A stretch of 64,000 nucleotides of DNA from Promethearchaeota archaeon (GTDB lineage: Archaea > Asgardarchaeota > Lokiarchaeia > Sigyniarchaeales > SOKP01), in assembly GCA_048939995.1 (NCBI GenBank), contig JBHLOY010000003.1, forward strand, positions 64,001 through 128,000, written 5' to 3'. The position numbers and the translations under genes were made by a program. Below the pieces are notes generated by a model. That model had not been told where the DNA came from. It searched no databases and was given only the letters and a program-made list of their open reading frames with translations. Positions 1 to 10,232 of this stretch are shown here, piece after piece. The first letter of the stretch is position 1. Each line of letters opens with the position of its first letter.

Positions 1-1
1 T

Positions 2-574
2 GATCCAGAAGCATTAAAAATACTGAAACAGAAAAAGAACATGATAATTCTTGAGTTTGGGGACCTTCTTAATAAAAGGGACATCATTTATAAACAACTT
101 GAGATACGGTCAACTCTAGGAGGTGCTGTTATTCAAGAATATGACCATAAGCCTTTAATTAAGGAATGGAAAGTTGTGAGTAAAAGAAATATAAATGAAG
201 TTGAAAAGGAGGCTTTAATTTTTGCGTATAGAGTATCTAAATGGGCTAAATCGAATTCAGCATGTTTTGCTCAACTTTATGATGAAGGAATTTATACGAT
301 CGGTATTGGTGCTGGACAACAATCACGAGTTCATGTAGTAAGACTTGCTGCACAAAAAGCAGTAGAGTTTGGTCATAAGAATAAGCTAAGGGAATCATTT
401 ATGGGGACAGACTCGTTTTTTCCATTTCCAGACGGATTAGAAGCTGCTGTAAACGCCGGTGCTAAAGCTATAATTAACCCAGGTGGTTCAATTAGAGATG
501 CAGAAGTAATTCAAAGAGCAGATGAACTAGATTGCGCTTTAGTTTTCTGTGGTAAAAGAGTGTTTCGACATTAA
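2..574 (+). CDS. purH: PurH C-terminal part (AICAR transformylase domain), 5'-truncated by the window edge
   Basis: KSN, GIGAGQQSRV, DSFFPFPDG, PGGSIRD and RVFRH motifs; frame open from position 2 (DPEALKILKQKKN). Confidence 0.95.
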   Translation, partial: DPEALKILKQKKNMIILEFGDLLNKRDIIYKQLEIRSTLGGAVIQEYDHKPLIKEWKVVSKRNINEVEKEALIFAYRVSKWAKSNSACFAQLYDEGIYTIGIGAGQQSRVHVVRLAAQKAVEFGHKNKLRESFMGTDSFFPFPDGLEAAVNAGAKAIINPGGSIRDAEVIQRADELDCALVFCGKRVFRH

Positions 575-737
575 AAACTTGATGAAAAAGAATGCAATTC
601 TGAATAAAATAGTTCCAAATCTTTAAGCGATCTTGTTTTTTTATAATTTCTAGTTAGAAGAAAAAAACTTTATAAACATCTGAGTATATCTAAATATACG
701 ACTTATTAAATAACAAATATTCCTAAGCGAAGATTTT

Positions 738-1019
738 ATGGACTTTTTCTTGAAAAACTTAAGGGAAACTCTTCATGCTATTAATAAATTAATCGATAAT
801 AATGTGAATATTGTAAATACTAAAAGAATAAGAAGATGTAACAATATTAAGTCATCTAATCGCTCTAAAATTAACTTTATATGGCGTTCATTAAACTATC
901 TCGAAAAAGAAGGCATATTAGAGATTAATGGTTCTTATAGTCCGAAAACATATAAAATTGTAAGCGAAAAAATAAATATCGATAAGTTAATGACTCAAAT
1001 TGAGAAACAAAGATTCTAG
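738..1019 (+). CDS. small basic hypothetical protein, probable winged-helix DNA-binding fold
   Basis: 93 aa; IWRSLNYLEKEGILE...KTYKI helix plus wing pattern. Confidence 0.6.
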   Translation: MDFFLKNLRETLHAINKLIDNNVNIVNTKRIRRCNNIKSSNRSKINFIWRSLNYLEKEGILEINGSYSPKTYKIVSEKINIDKLMTQIEKQRF

Positions 1020-1023
1020 GAGT

Positions 1024-3756
1024 TTAGATTAAGTTTAATTGATTTAGTAAATCATTTAATTTTTGTTTATTTTCATGATTGTCTGGATCTTTTATTAGTC
1101 TTTTTTGATAAAAAATAACATTACCATATTTTAATTCAATATTATTAAATCTTTTAACCCATGACATAAATTGGTCTAAATAATCTTGTACTTCGGGATC
1201 ATTTTCAAATAATTTGATTTCTTCTCTTTTTTGACTTGCTGCAATCATACGCTTATATTTTTTCAAATTATATCCTTGCTTTTTTAATAATTGAATATTA
1301 GCTCTACGTATAAAAGCTTCTATACCGCTTCTCCACCTAACATATTGCTCATTAATTCTATCAATTGTCTCTTGAACCATCTTTATTTCTTGTGGAAATA
1401 TGGTAGTTTTATTTTTAGTCAGAATCTTCTTAATGACTTGAAATTCGGTACTAAAAAAGCTAATATAATTGCTTATCATTTTCGCAAATTCATCTAATAC
1501 AATATTATAATCTTGTTCGAATAGAACTTCAAAACTAGAAAATGTAAGATTTTTTTTATCGAATGTTCCCTTTATTTTCCTTGTGTTGAGTAAATCCTCT
1601 GTAATTAAACATAGTAATTCAATTTCTTTTTCCATTAGTTCTTTCCCATAAAAAAGGTCCTGAAAAGAAAAACTATAGCTATTTTGAAATATTAGTTTTT
1701 CAATTCCTTTTTGGGTGTAAAATCTTACTTTTTCACCATCATCATAAAAAATTCCTTTAATTTTTTCACTATCCTGCAATTCAGTTAGTAATTCTTTAGT
1801 CAAACTCGATGTAGTATCTATATCTTCTAGAGAAATATAATCTTGTGATATTGCTTTATCTATTAAAACATTTCTTAATTCCTTTTCTGCGTCTTTTATC
1901 TTATTTTCATTAAAAATTAAAGTATCTCCTCTTTTTAAATATCTTAGATCTAATGAGTGTAGAAATTCAAAAAAAGCAGTTTCACTCATTCCAGTTTTAT
2001 CGAGATATTCTCTAATAATTAGCTGTTCTTGCTGTTTTATTTCATCTCCAATAAGGCGAAGGTTTTCATCAATTTTATTTAAAATAAGATCTTCATGAAT
2101 ATTTAATTCTTTTGATAATTCTGCTATTTTAAATTTCCTAATGTCAAGATCATTGATTTGATTTATTTTATCTATCTTCTCATTTACATATTTTGAGTAA
2201 TAAAATCTCTCTCTATCATTATTAAATATCCCGCTTCTGGAATCAACGATCTTATCCAAAACATCAACTAATAAAACTTTGCCAATATTCAACCTGCCAG
2301 ATATTATTGGGATAGAAAAATAACCTAAAATTTTAGAATCTTCAATTTCCTTTTCGATTTTTAAAAATCCTAGATTAGTTAGTAGCATTGTTCCCTTGCG
2401 GTAGTTTGTTAGATAATCTTTAGGAAGATTTTTTATTAACTTAATAAAGCTTTTATTGGTTAAGATCTCACGATAAGGTCTCAAATCAACGGTATTATCT
2501 TTTGCTGCTTTAGAATTGATCTCTTGTGTAATAGTTTTTAATGAATAATATGCTGTTGCATCCTTTCCTAATAAAAATTGTTTCTTGCCCGAGAAAGAAA
2601 TATCTTTAACAATTTTCTTTATTAAGGTACTTGGTAAATAATCAAATTTATTAATATATAGGATTCCGTTATCCTTTATTTGCTTTTCAAACTCAGCTCT
2701 CAAATAATTATATGGATAAAAATAACCTAAATCTGAAAAATAGCCCTTGATAACTTTTAATTTAATCAATGATTTCATAACTAGATTTAATTCAGAATCT
2801 GATTCAATAATATATAAAAAATCATTAATTGATTGACTTGAAACTCTTCTATTTTGCTCAAAAAAATCAATCAATTTTGATTTCTCAAGTTCATAAAAAA
2901 AAGTTCCATTACGTTTCTCACTTTTGATATAAAAATATACTTCTTCGTCTTTAAATTTGGATTTCTTTATATTTTCTATAAAATCCTTTAATCCAATTTT
3001 ATGTTTCTCACTTAATTCTTTAATATTATATTTTTTTAAGATTATTTGAGAATTAACTATTTCAAAGATTTTATCAAAATCCTTTCCTTCATAATTTAGG
3101 GTTCTTAGAGGATCATAAAGTATCTTACATACTGCTATTAATTGATTATAAAGATTAGGGTGCATCTTTTCTCCTAACTTTGAAAATATCCTTATAAATA
3201 TTTGTTTAAAGCAAAAAAGTTCATTAAAGTGAAAATCCTTACAATTACTTAGAAAAACTAATAAAGAATAAAGATTATCATTATTTTCTTCAATTGAAAG
3301 AGCATTTAAGATATCTTCTTTATAATCACATAGTACTTGGGGTTGTTTTTTTATAATCTCTTGGAGAAAATAATGAACATTATCCCTTACATCTGAATTT
3401 TTCTCAATCAAAGCTTTGGTGAAATGCGATATACTCTTTTTGATGTACTTGGAATCATTTAGCATTCCAAATCCTAATATAATTATTGAATTCAACATTA
3501 ATTCTGGTGAACTTAAAAACTCATGGATTTTTTCTAACAAATCATCAGAAATATAATTAAAATTATTTTCTGCTAAGACACTTAAAATATAGGTTATTAA
3601 AATCCTATTATCTTCTTGTTCTAAGAGAACATTTAAATCTTTTATGATTTTATGAACTTTTTCAACCTTATTTTTATTCAAATACTTATTTAGTTTCCCA
3701 ACAATATTTTCTAGAATTTCATTTCCCTTAAAATCCTCCAAATTAAACATAATCAT
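1024..3756 (-). CDS. 910-aa protein: HEAT/ARM-like N-terminus, tandem PCI/winged-helix repeats, C-terminal helical/coiled-coil region
   Basis: NSDVRDNVHYFLQEI HEAT-like segment; recurring wing motifs IKGYFSDLGYFY, SGIFNNDRERFYY, IKGIFYDDGEKVRFYT, IKGTFDKKNLTF. Confidence 0.6.
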   Translation of the reverse strand: MIMFNLEDFKGNEILENIVGKLNKYLNKNKVEKVHKIIKDLNVLLEQEDNRILITYILSVLAENNFNYISDDLLEKIHEFLSSPELMLNSIIILGFGMLNDSKYIKKSISHFTKALIEKNSDVRDNVHYFLQEIIKKQPQVLCDYKEDILNALSIEENNDNLYSLLVFLSNCKDFHFNELFCFKQIFIRIFSKLGEKMHPNLYNQLIAVCKILYDPLRTLNYEGKDFDKIFEIVNSQIILKKYNIKELSEKHKIGLKDFIENIKKSKFKDEEVYFYIKSEKRNGTFFYELEKSKLIDFFEQNRRVSSQSINDFLYIIESDSELNLVMKSLIKLKVIKGYFSDLGYFYPYNYLRAEFEKQIKDNGILYINKFDYLPSTLIKKIVKDISFSGKKQFLLGKDATAYYSLKTITQEINSKAAKDNTVDLRPYREILTNKSFIKLIKNLPKDYLTNYRKGTMLLTNLGFLKIEKEIEDSKILGYFSIPIISGRLNIGKVLLVDVLDKIVDSRSGIFNNDRERFYYSKYVNEKIDKINQINDLDIRKFKIAELSKELNIHEDLILNKIDENLRLIGDEIKQQEQLIIREYLDKTGMSETAFFEFLHSLDLRYLKRGDTLIFNENKIKDAEKELRNVLIDKAISQDYISLEDIDTTSSLTKELLTELQDSEKIKGIFYDDGEKVRFYTQKGIEKLIFQNSYSFSFQDLFYGKELMEKEIELLCLITEDLLNTRKIKGTFDKKNLTFSSFEVLFEQDYNIVLDEFAKMISNYISFFSTEFQVIKKILTKNKTTIFPQEIKMVQETIDRINEQYVRWRSGIEAFIRRANIQLLKKQGYNLKKYKRMIAASQKREEIKLFENDPEVQDYLDQFMSWVKRFNNIELKYGNVIFYQKRLIKDPDNHENKQKLNDLLNQLNLI

Positions 3757-3769
3757 TTTAGTTTAATTT

Positions 3770-4495
3770 TTAGTCTAATATGAATTTTTTGATTGGTTCA
3801 AATTCCAAAAGAGATTCAATATTTTGGAGGATAACAGTTGGATTGGATTCTTCTAAATCCTTTTTAGTTCCATGTCCGCTTAATAATGCAATGCTCCTTA
3901 TATTAGCATTCTTAGCAGTTTCGATATCACTCGGTAGATCTCCCACAAAATATACATTATTTTTTATGATTTCACATTTATAGATGGTTTTAATTTGATT
4001 TAATGCTAACAAGATTGGATATGGATTTGGTTTTCTATAAGAAGAGTTGTCTCGGGAGATGTAAACAGTAAAAAAGTTATCTAAATTTAAAATTGTTCTA
4101 AAAAAATTCAACCGAGCCTTGCTTGTATTCGATACTATTCCCATTGGAATTCTGTTTATTTTCAATTTTTTTAAAGCATTCTCTAAATTTGGCTTCAATG
4201 TTTCATATCTTTCATATAGGGGATAAGTACGCTTAAACTTCAAGAAAAAAAGAATTCTTCGCCACCTACTAGGAATATATCTCTTATAGACTTTATAAGC
4301 GCGAATTAAGGCTTTAATCCTGTTTTTTGAATCAGCTTCTTCAAATAAACGGGCAAAATCTATTAATCTCAAATCCTTAACATTCCTAAATTTATAGAAT
4401 TTATTCTTTAATAATTTTAACGCGGTATATTCAAGAGCTTTCTGAGTGATTATAACACCATCAAAATCGAATAGCAAAATAGGTGGATTTAGCAT
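3770..4495 (-). CDS. HAD-superfamily hydrolase (phosphoglycolate phosphatase-like)
   Basis: FDFDGV, VSN, RKPNP, VGDLPSD motifs I-IV. Confidence 0.9.
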   Translation of the reverse strand: MLNPPILLFDFDGVIITQKALEYTALKLLKNKFYKFRNVKDLRLIDFARLFEEADSKNRIKALIRAYKVYKRYIPSRWRRILFFLKFKRTYPLYERYETLKPNLENALKKLKINRIPMGIVSNTSKARLNFFRTILNLDNFFTVYISRDNSSYRKPNPYPILLALNQIKTIYKCEIIKNNVYFVGDLPSDIETAKNANIRSIALLSGHGTKKDLEESNPTVILQNIESLLEFEPIKKFILD

Positions 4496-4692
4496 ATGTA
4501 CTACTCAAAATTTAATTTAATTCTTAAATCTAATGGAATATAATTATTTAATTTTAATATTAAGCTTTCCTAAATGTTATATTATTCTGTGTATAAGAAG
4601 GTTTTTTAAATAGCATTTCTATATATATTGTTAATAACTCGTTTATTTATTAAAAAAAATATAAAGATTGCTAGAAAAAGTAAGTGATAATT

Positions 4693-5355
4693 ATGTCTGA
4701 AAATAAAGTAAAATCTGTGTCTGAAGTTAAACTACGATCTTATCCAAAGGTTATATTCTTTTATCCACTGCTCATTGTAAGTTTTATTTTATGGCTTTTG
4801 CAATTCTTTTTTACAGAACCGGTAGCTTGGTTTGGTAATATATGGATGATTGTCTTCTTTGTTAATTTATTTATAACCGCTTTTGATTTTTCGTCTACTA
4901 AATTTTTCCTTCTCCTTCTTGCTGTCGTAATTGTTGTGCTAGTAATAATATTTTTAATCCCAGGTGGGATTGTACCTGCTGCAACATTTGATTTTAATTT
5001 GAGATTAACTGCAGAGTTTTATTTTGTAGCCATGATCGTGTTGATTTTTATTTTAGGATTGGTCCTTATTAGCGCTCAATTTGATTACTGGAAGATTGAA
5101 AGAAATGAAATTTACCACAAAAAAGGTATCTTCACTTCAGCAGAAAGAATTCCAACTAAAAGCTTAAGAATTAAAAAGGACATTCCAGATGTTTTCGAAT
5201 TCTTCGTCTTAAGAGCCGGTTCTATTACACTTATGCCAGGACACGGTGATGTAATCCCTTTAACTACAGTTTTAAATGTAAATAAGAAAGCAGAACAAAT
5301 TGATTGGCTGTTAAGTCATATTAGTATGGAACCTGATGAGTTAGATGGTCAGTAA
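4693..5355 (+). CDS. 4-TM membrane protein with C-terminal bacterial-PH-like domain
   Basis: Four hydrophobic segments, then DYWKIERNEIYHKKGIF...VFEFFVLRAGSITL; ATG at 4693 (ORF track starts at GTG 4684). Confidence 0.65.
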   Translation: MSENKVKSVSEVKLRSYPKVIFFYPLLIVSFILWLLQFFFTEPVAWFGNIWMIVFFVNLFITAFDFSSTKFFLLLLAVVIVVLVIIFLIPGGIVPAATFDFNLRLTAEFYFVAMIVLIFILGLVLISAQFDYWKIERNEIYHKKGIFTSAERIPTKSLRIKKDIPDVFEFFVLRAGSITLMPGHGDVIPLTTVLNVNKKAEQIDWLLSHISMEPDELDGQ

Positions 5356-5430
5356 ATTATATCAAGTAGATAAATAAACTTTATTTTTTATTTTTTTTAA
5401 ATTACCCTTTTTTCATTTCATCCTAGCAAA

Positions 5431-6183
5431 TCAAAAGTAATTTCCAATTGATTTTACCATTCGATAAGAATAAGCGATTTGTTGGTTCCCTTGATCGCTT
5501 ATTCCCATGTGACCCGGAAGTAGGTATTTTACATCCAAATTGCTTACGAATTTTATTGATTCAGTTAAAGTTTTTAATGATCCTCCAGGAAAATCATAAC
5601 GACCAAAACTTCCCCCCGTAAATACTAAATCTCCGGGAATTAAGATTTTTTTATCAGGTTCATATAATGACATTGATCCTATAGAGTGACCTGGAGTATG
5701 AAATATCTGAAAACTAAATTCATTATTGACTTTGATTACGTTACTACTACTTAAATCTTCCACTTTTAAAGGAATAATGTTAACACCAAACATACTAGGT
5801 GTTATTCCAAGACTACCCGGGAAAATACTCGATTCATCTCCTTCTTGCAATATTTTAGCGGTTTTGCCGTATGCATAAATATCTGGTGGATTTTCTTTTA
5901 ATAAATTTATCAGTGGATAAACGCCAAGAACATGATCAACATGTTCATGAGAAATGTAGACTTTTGTTATATTATTAAACTTTAAATTAAAATCTTTCAT
6001 GCCTTCTATTAAACCGTTTAAAGATATACCGTTTCCCGCATCAAAAAGTGCCAAATCATTAGAATCATTATCTTTAATTATATATTGATTACAATCCAGC
6101 ATTAAATTTTCACTAAAATAATATAAATTTGTAGTTACTTCTTGGCCTCTTTTCTTTGAACCTTTAATTTCCGGAAAAAACAT
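5431..6183 (-). CDS. MBL-fold metallo-hydrolase (glyoxalase II-like)
   Basis: HEHVDH, TPGHS, GDLVF, PGH motifs. Confidence 0.92.
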   Translation of the reverse strand: MFFPEIKGSKKRGQEVTTNLYYFSENLMLDCNQYIIKDNDSNDLALFDAGNGISLNGLIEGMKDFNLKFNNITKVYISHEHVDHVLGVYPLINLLKENPPDIYAYGKTAKILQEGDESSIFPGSLGITPSMFGVNIIPLKVEDLSSSNVIKVNNEFSFQIFHTPGHSIGSMSLYEPDKKILIPGDLVFTGGSFGRYDFPGGSLKTLTESIKFVSNLDVKYLLPGHMGISDQGNQQIAYSYRMVKSIGNYF

Positions 6184-6288
6184 AATTAAAACCTTAGAGT
6201 TTACAAAAATAAAGGCTATTATATTTTAATGTTTTTCTATTCAAAAATATAAAAAATAATTAATTCCAAAAAAAATAATCTATATATT

Positions 6289-6699
6289 ATGAAAGCACAA
6301 CCACCAGATGATAATAATTTTGAAACATTAAAACATAAAATTGGATTTGGTATTAAATTTTGGTTAGAGTTTCAAAATAATAAACGAAAGAATATTCTAG
6401 GCTCGGGGTGGGCAAAATTACTAGATAGTATAAATGTAACTCAAGAACAAGAACCTAAGTCTTTAACAATAGCAGCAAAAGAATGTGGCTATTCCTATAA
6501 ATATGCTTGGAATATATTAAAAAGGATTGAAAGAAGAACAGGTATGGCCCCCGTATTAACAGGAAAAGGAGGTGCTGGTGGTGGAGGGTATGTAATATTA
6601 AATAATTGGGGTAAATATTTGCTAAAAACTTATAAAAATTTGTTATACGAGTTGCAAGAGGTTGAAAAAAAGCTTGAAAAATCCTTTAAAATAACATAA
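6289..6699 (+). CDS. ModE-type winged-helix regulator (HTH domain only)
   Basis: SLTIAAKECGYSYKYAWNILKRIE...KGGAGGGG signature. Confidence 0.85.
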   Translation: MKAQPPDDNNFETLKHKIGFGIKFWLEFQNNKRKNILGSGWAKLLDSINVTQEQEPKSLTIAAKECGYSYKYAWNILKRIERRTGMAPVLTGKGGAGGGGYVILNNWGKYLLKTYKNLLYELQEVEKKLEKSFKIT

Positions 6700-6803
6700 T
6701 ATTTAGATTTAATTAAATTTTAATTCTATTAAATAATATTAATTTTAAGAGCATCAATATTATTACTGATTTTAAATCAATGAGTATTTAATAGGGAGAT
6801 TAT

Positions 6804-7229
6804 TTGGAAGATAAAGTTCAGAAATTCAATGAAATTAAAGTATCTGATTTTATGATAAAAGAACCTATTTTTATTACTCCTAATGAGAAAGCCAGTACTA
6901 CTGAACTTCTAATGTTAAGAAAAAATGTAGGCAGCCTTCCTGTTGTTAACAATTCTACAGATAAAAGAGTAATTGGAATTATTACTCAGAGAGATATTAG
7001 ATTAGCACGATTTGCTATGAATTTAGAATCTCCTAATACAAGAGTTAGAGATTTAATGACACCTGATCCAATTGTTGCTAAAGTAACAGATTCGTTAGTT
7101 GAAGTTTTAGAAAAATTAGTAAAAAATAACATCGAACGTTTGCCAGTTATAAATGAGAATCAAAATTTAGTAGGCTATATTACAAAACAATCTATTATCG
7201 AAACAATATATAAACATCTTAATTTGTAG
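6804..7229 (+). CDS. CBS-domain pair protein
   Basis: Two CBS repeats (VSDFM...LPVV...GIITQRDI; VRDLMT...LPVI...GYIT). Confidence 0.92.
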   Translation: MEDKVQKFNEIKVSDFMIKEPIFITPNEKASTTELLMLRKNVGSLPVVNNSTDKRVIGIITQRDIRLARFAMNLESPNTRVRDLMTPDPIVAKVTDSLVEVLEKLVKNNIERLPVINENQNLVGYITKQSIIETIYKHLNL

Positions 7230-7361
7230 TAATACTTCTTGAATCATAATTAATTATAAGATATCACCTTAAAAAAAAACACATACATATTTTTATTACA
7301 ATCAATACTTTATGTTTATAGATATTATAGTTCATATAAATCAAAATTAAATTGAGATAAC

Positions 7362-8888
7362 ATGGCATTACCTCTATCGGGAACACCGATAATTCTTGAT
7401 ATAGGATCAGCTTATACAAAGGTTGGATTTGCTGGAGAACCCAGTCCTAGGTTTGTTTTTCCCACAATAACCGGCACAGAAAAGTATAAAGCCGTAATGG
7501 TTGATGTAAGTGCGAGGAACATATATGTGGGAAATGATGCTGCAAAAATGAGGGGTGTTTTAAAGATAAAACGTCCGATAGAGAGGGGAGCAATAATGGA
7601 TTGGAATGATTATTACGAAATTCTAAATTATTGTTTTTATTCTCTTCTAAGAATACCTGATCTTTCTCAATACCCTGTTTTATATACTGAACCTCCATTT
7701 CTACAGAAGGAAACCAAAGAATATATCGCACAAGTTCTATTTGAAACACATCGTGTACAAAAATTAATTATGGTTCCCACACCCATTTTATCTATATTTA
7801 GCGTGGGATTAACAACTGGTTTAGTAGTTGAAGGTGGAGATGGCATAACTTGGGTTTGTCCAATAATTAATGGACAAATCATTGATCAGACAGTGCAAAA
7901 ATTAACCTTAGCAGGTACAGATGTTAACCAGTATCTGAAAAACCTATTAATGCGAGAAGGGATTCATATCGAATCCAGTGCAGTTGATGAAATTGTTAAG
8001 GATATAAAAGAACGTAATTGTTACTTTGTTTTAGATCCAAAAAATCCCCCAAAAAAGGATGAAAAGTTTAAGACTGTCATGCCAGATGGCTCTACCCTAA
8101 GTGTTCCACATTATATCTTTCATGAAGCACCTGAGGTATTATTTCAACCAAGCCTAATAGGATATCCGATTAATAATATTCCTCAAGCTATTATAACTAG
8201 TCTTAAAGGAATTGATAAATATTATTGGAGTGAGTTATTATCTCATCTTGTCTTATCAGGCGGTAATCTATCTTATTCTGGTTTTGAGGAAAGATTAGGC
8301 CTTGAATTATCAAGTTTAATTCCCCAGTTGGGAAAGATTCCTAAACCAAAACAGGAAAAATCTACAACTAAAGGAAAGGCTCTATTAAAATCTGTTGAGG
8401 GAATGAAGAAAAAGCAAGATACTTGTCCACATTGTGGTACAATTGTAGATTTATCTGATGATAAAGAAATATGCCCCTCATGTGGAGGCAGAGTCGTTTT
8501 ACCAGAACTTACAATTAGTTTAAATAATTCAAATAAAAAAGCACCTCTTATTGCGGGGAAACTCTTTTGTCCTCACTGTGAAAATAGCATTACCGATTTA
8601 TCCTCAATATTTTGCCCTTATTGTGGAAAAAGTGTTGAAACTCTTGATACTAAAGGAGGTTCAAAAAAAACAATTGATTCACCACCTCCTGCTAAGGAAT
8701 TTGCTGGTTTCTATGACCCATCTGAAGAGATATTAAGTTTCTTTGTACCTGACAACCTTATGTATGCAATTTTCAACGGTGCAGCGATTCTAGGAACACT
8801 CCAGTCTTTTCTGAGATTGTTTATTACTCAAGAGCAATTTCTTTCCAATAAAGATCTTTTATATAAAGATATAAGTGAAATTTTTTAG
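7362..8888 (+). CDS. Asgard actin-family (actin-related) protein with double zinc-ribbon insertion
   Basis: ILDIGSAYTKVGFAGE, PIERGAIMDW, PVLYTEPP, TGLVVEGGDG, MPDG, APEVLFQP, VLSGG, AIFNGAAIL; four CxxC motifs in the insert. Confidence 0.95.
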   Translation: MALPLSGTPIILDIGSAYTKVGFAGEPSPRFVFPTITGTEKYKAVMVDVSARNIYVGNDAAKMRGVLKIKRPIERGAIMDWNDYYEILNYCFYSLLRIPDLSQYPVLYTEPPFLQKETKEYIAQVLFETHRVQKLIMVPTPILSIFSVGLTTGLVVEGGDGITWVCPIINGQIIDQTVQKLTLAGTDVNQYLKNLLMREGIHIESSAVDEIVKDIKERNCYFVLDPKNPPKKDEKFKTVMPDGSTLSVPHYIFHEAPEVLFQPSLIGYPINNIPQAIITSLKGIDKYYWSELLSHLVLSGGNLSYSGFEERLGLELSSLIPQLGKIPKPKQEKSTTKGKALLKSVEGMKKKQDTCPHCGTIVDLSDDKEICPSCGGRVVLPELTISLNNSNKKAPLIAGKLFCPHCENSITDLSSIFCPYCGKSVETLDTKGGSKKTIDSPPPAKEFAGFYDPSEEILSFFVPDNLMYAIFNGAAILGTLQSFLRLFITQEQFLSNKDLLYKDISEIF

Positions 8889-9011
8889 CTTTCCAATTTT
8901 TTAATTTTATCCTAAAATTATAACTTATATCTTATAATATCGTTAATTTTTAATTCCAAGCTATATTAAAAAAATTAAAATCTATTTTAGTCCATATTGA
9001 GGTTTTATTAG

Positions 9012-10112
9012 TTGAGAAGTAAATTACGGAGCTTGGCAGTAATAACTGTGATTTTTTCATTATTCTTAATAATGCTTCCAACGGTTTCAGCAAAAACTAG
9101 AGAGAGTTATTTAGTTGATTTTTTATATCAAAATTATGATGAAAACAATAATTTTGGTAATACTTTTGAGGATACCTTCTTTGCCTTAGAGATAATCGAT
9201 TATTATAATTTATATTCCATTCCTGTATTATTTGGTACTGAAGACAAAATTGATAAAGCTACATTTATTGATCATTTAGAATCTAAAGTAGAAGAAATGT
9301 TTGATGATGACGATGTTAACCTCTACGATTTATCTAATATCTTAGCTTCACTAAATATCTTAAACGGAATAGCATCATTAGACTCAAACTATAAACTCAA
9401 AATTTATAGATATATTAACCAAACTGTACAAACATACGGTGGATTCTCGATTACAAATTCATCTACAGCAGTGAATCTAATCTCAACATTTATTGTATAT
9501 AATATCTATACATTGATAGGTGAACCTATAGTTAATCAATCACGCCATATAAACTGGATTCTTTCTTGTAATAATACTGATGGTGGTTATGGAGGTAATC
9601 AGACTTTACCCTCAACAATCTTGACAACGTATTATGCAATATATTTAATCAATGAATTTTCTTCTCTTCTCGTTAACGAGACCGCAACTTCAAATTATTT
9701 AGTCTCATTCTTTAGTAGTGATTCAAATGATCAAGTTAATTATGGAGGTTATTTTCCCAGTCAAATAGCAGATAACACTTTATTGAGTAGCACTTATTAT
9801 TGCGTTAATGCGATAAATTTAATTGATGCATCGGAATTAAATCCTAGTTTAACAATAAGTTGGATATTAGCACGTCAAAATATTCAAGATGGTGGATTTA
9901 TAGATGATCCAACAGCTCAAGGCCAAGGGGATTCCTCAATTGCAGCATCTTATAATGCGTTTAAAGTATTACAAGTGTTAAATGCATTAAATTATCTCAA
10001 CCAAGATGTCTTCATGGTCGAGTTTAACTATATTGTTTTAATTGTATTATTATCAGTAATAGGAATAATAGTTATAATTATTGTATTTGTTTGGAAAAAA
10101 AGAAAAATTTAA
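9012..10112 (+). CDS. secreted, C-terminally membrane-anchored prenyltransferase/squalene-oxidase-repeat (alpha-alpha barrel) protein
   Basis: Signal peptide; repeats NTDGGYG, NYGGY, QDGGF with TYYAI/TYYCV; C-terminal TM plus KKRKI; several N-x-S/T sequons. Confidence 0.8.
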   Translation: MRSKLRSLAVITVIFSLFLIMLPTVSAKTRESYLVDFLYQNYDENNNFGNTFEDTFFALEIIDYYNLYSIPVLFGTEDKIDKATFIDHLESKVEEMFDDDDVNLYDLSNILASLNILNGIASLDSNYKLKIYRYINQTVQTYGGFSITNSSTAVNLISTFIVYNIYTLIGEPIVNQSRHINWILSCNNTDGGYGGNQTLPSTILTTYYAIYLINEFSSLLVNETATSNYLVSFFSSDSNDQVNYGGYFPSQIADNTLLSSTYYCVNAINLIDASELNPSLTISWILARQNIQDGGFIDDPTAQGQGDSSIAASYNAFKVLQVLNALNYLNQDVFMVEFNYIVLIVLLSVIGIIVIIIVFVWKKRKI

Positions 10113-10232
10113 TCCTTCCATTATTTTTAATAATCATCTAATAATACTTAATTAAATCTTTAGTTTACACTCTTTATATAAAATATATAATTTTTTTTTT
10201 ATTTTTATTTGAATTACTTAAATTGATTAACT

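Noticed and set aside
7447-8736. Short alternative-frame ORFs inside the actin gene (7447-7749, 7667-7882, 8551-8736)
   Set aside because: They overlap a strongly supported CDS and have no motifs; the same applies to the other short nested ORFs in the track
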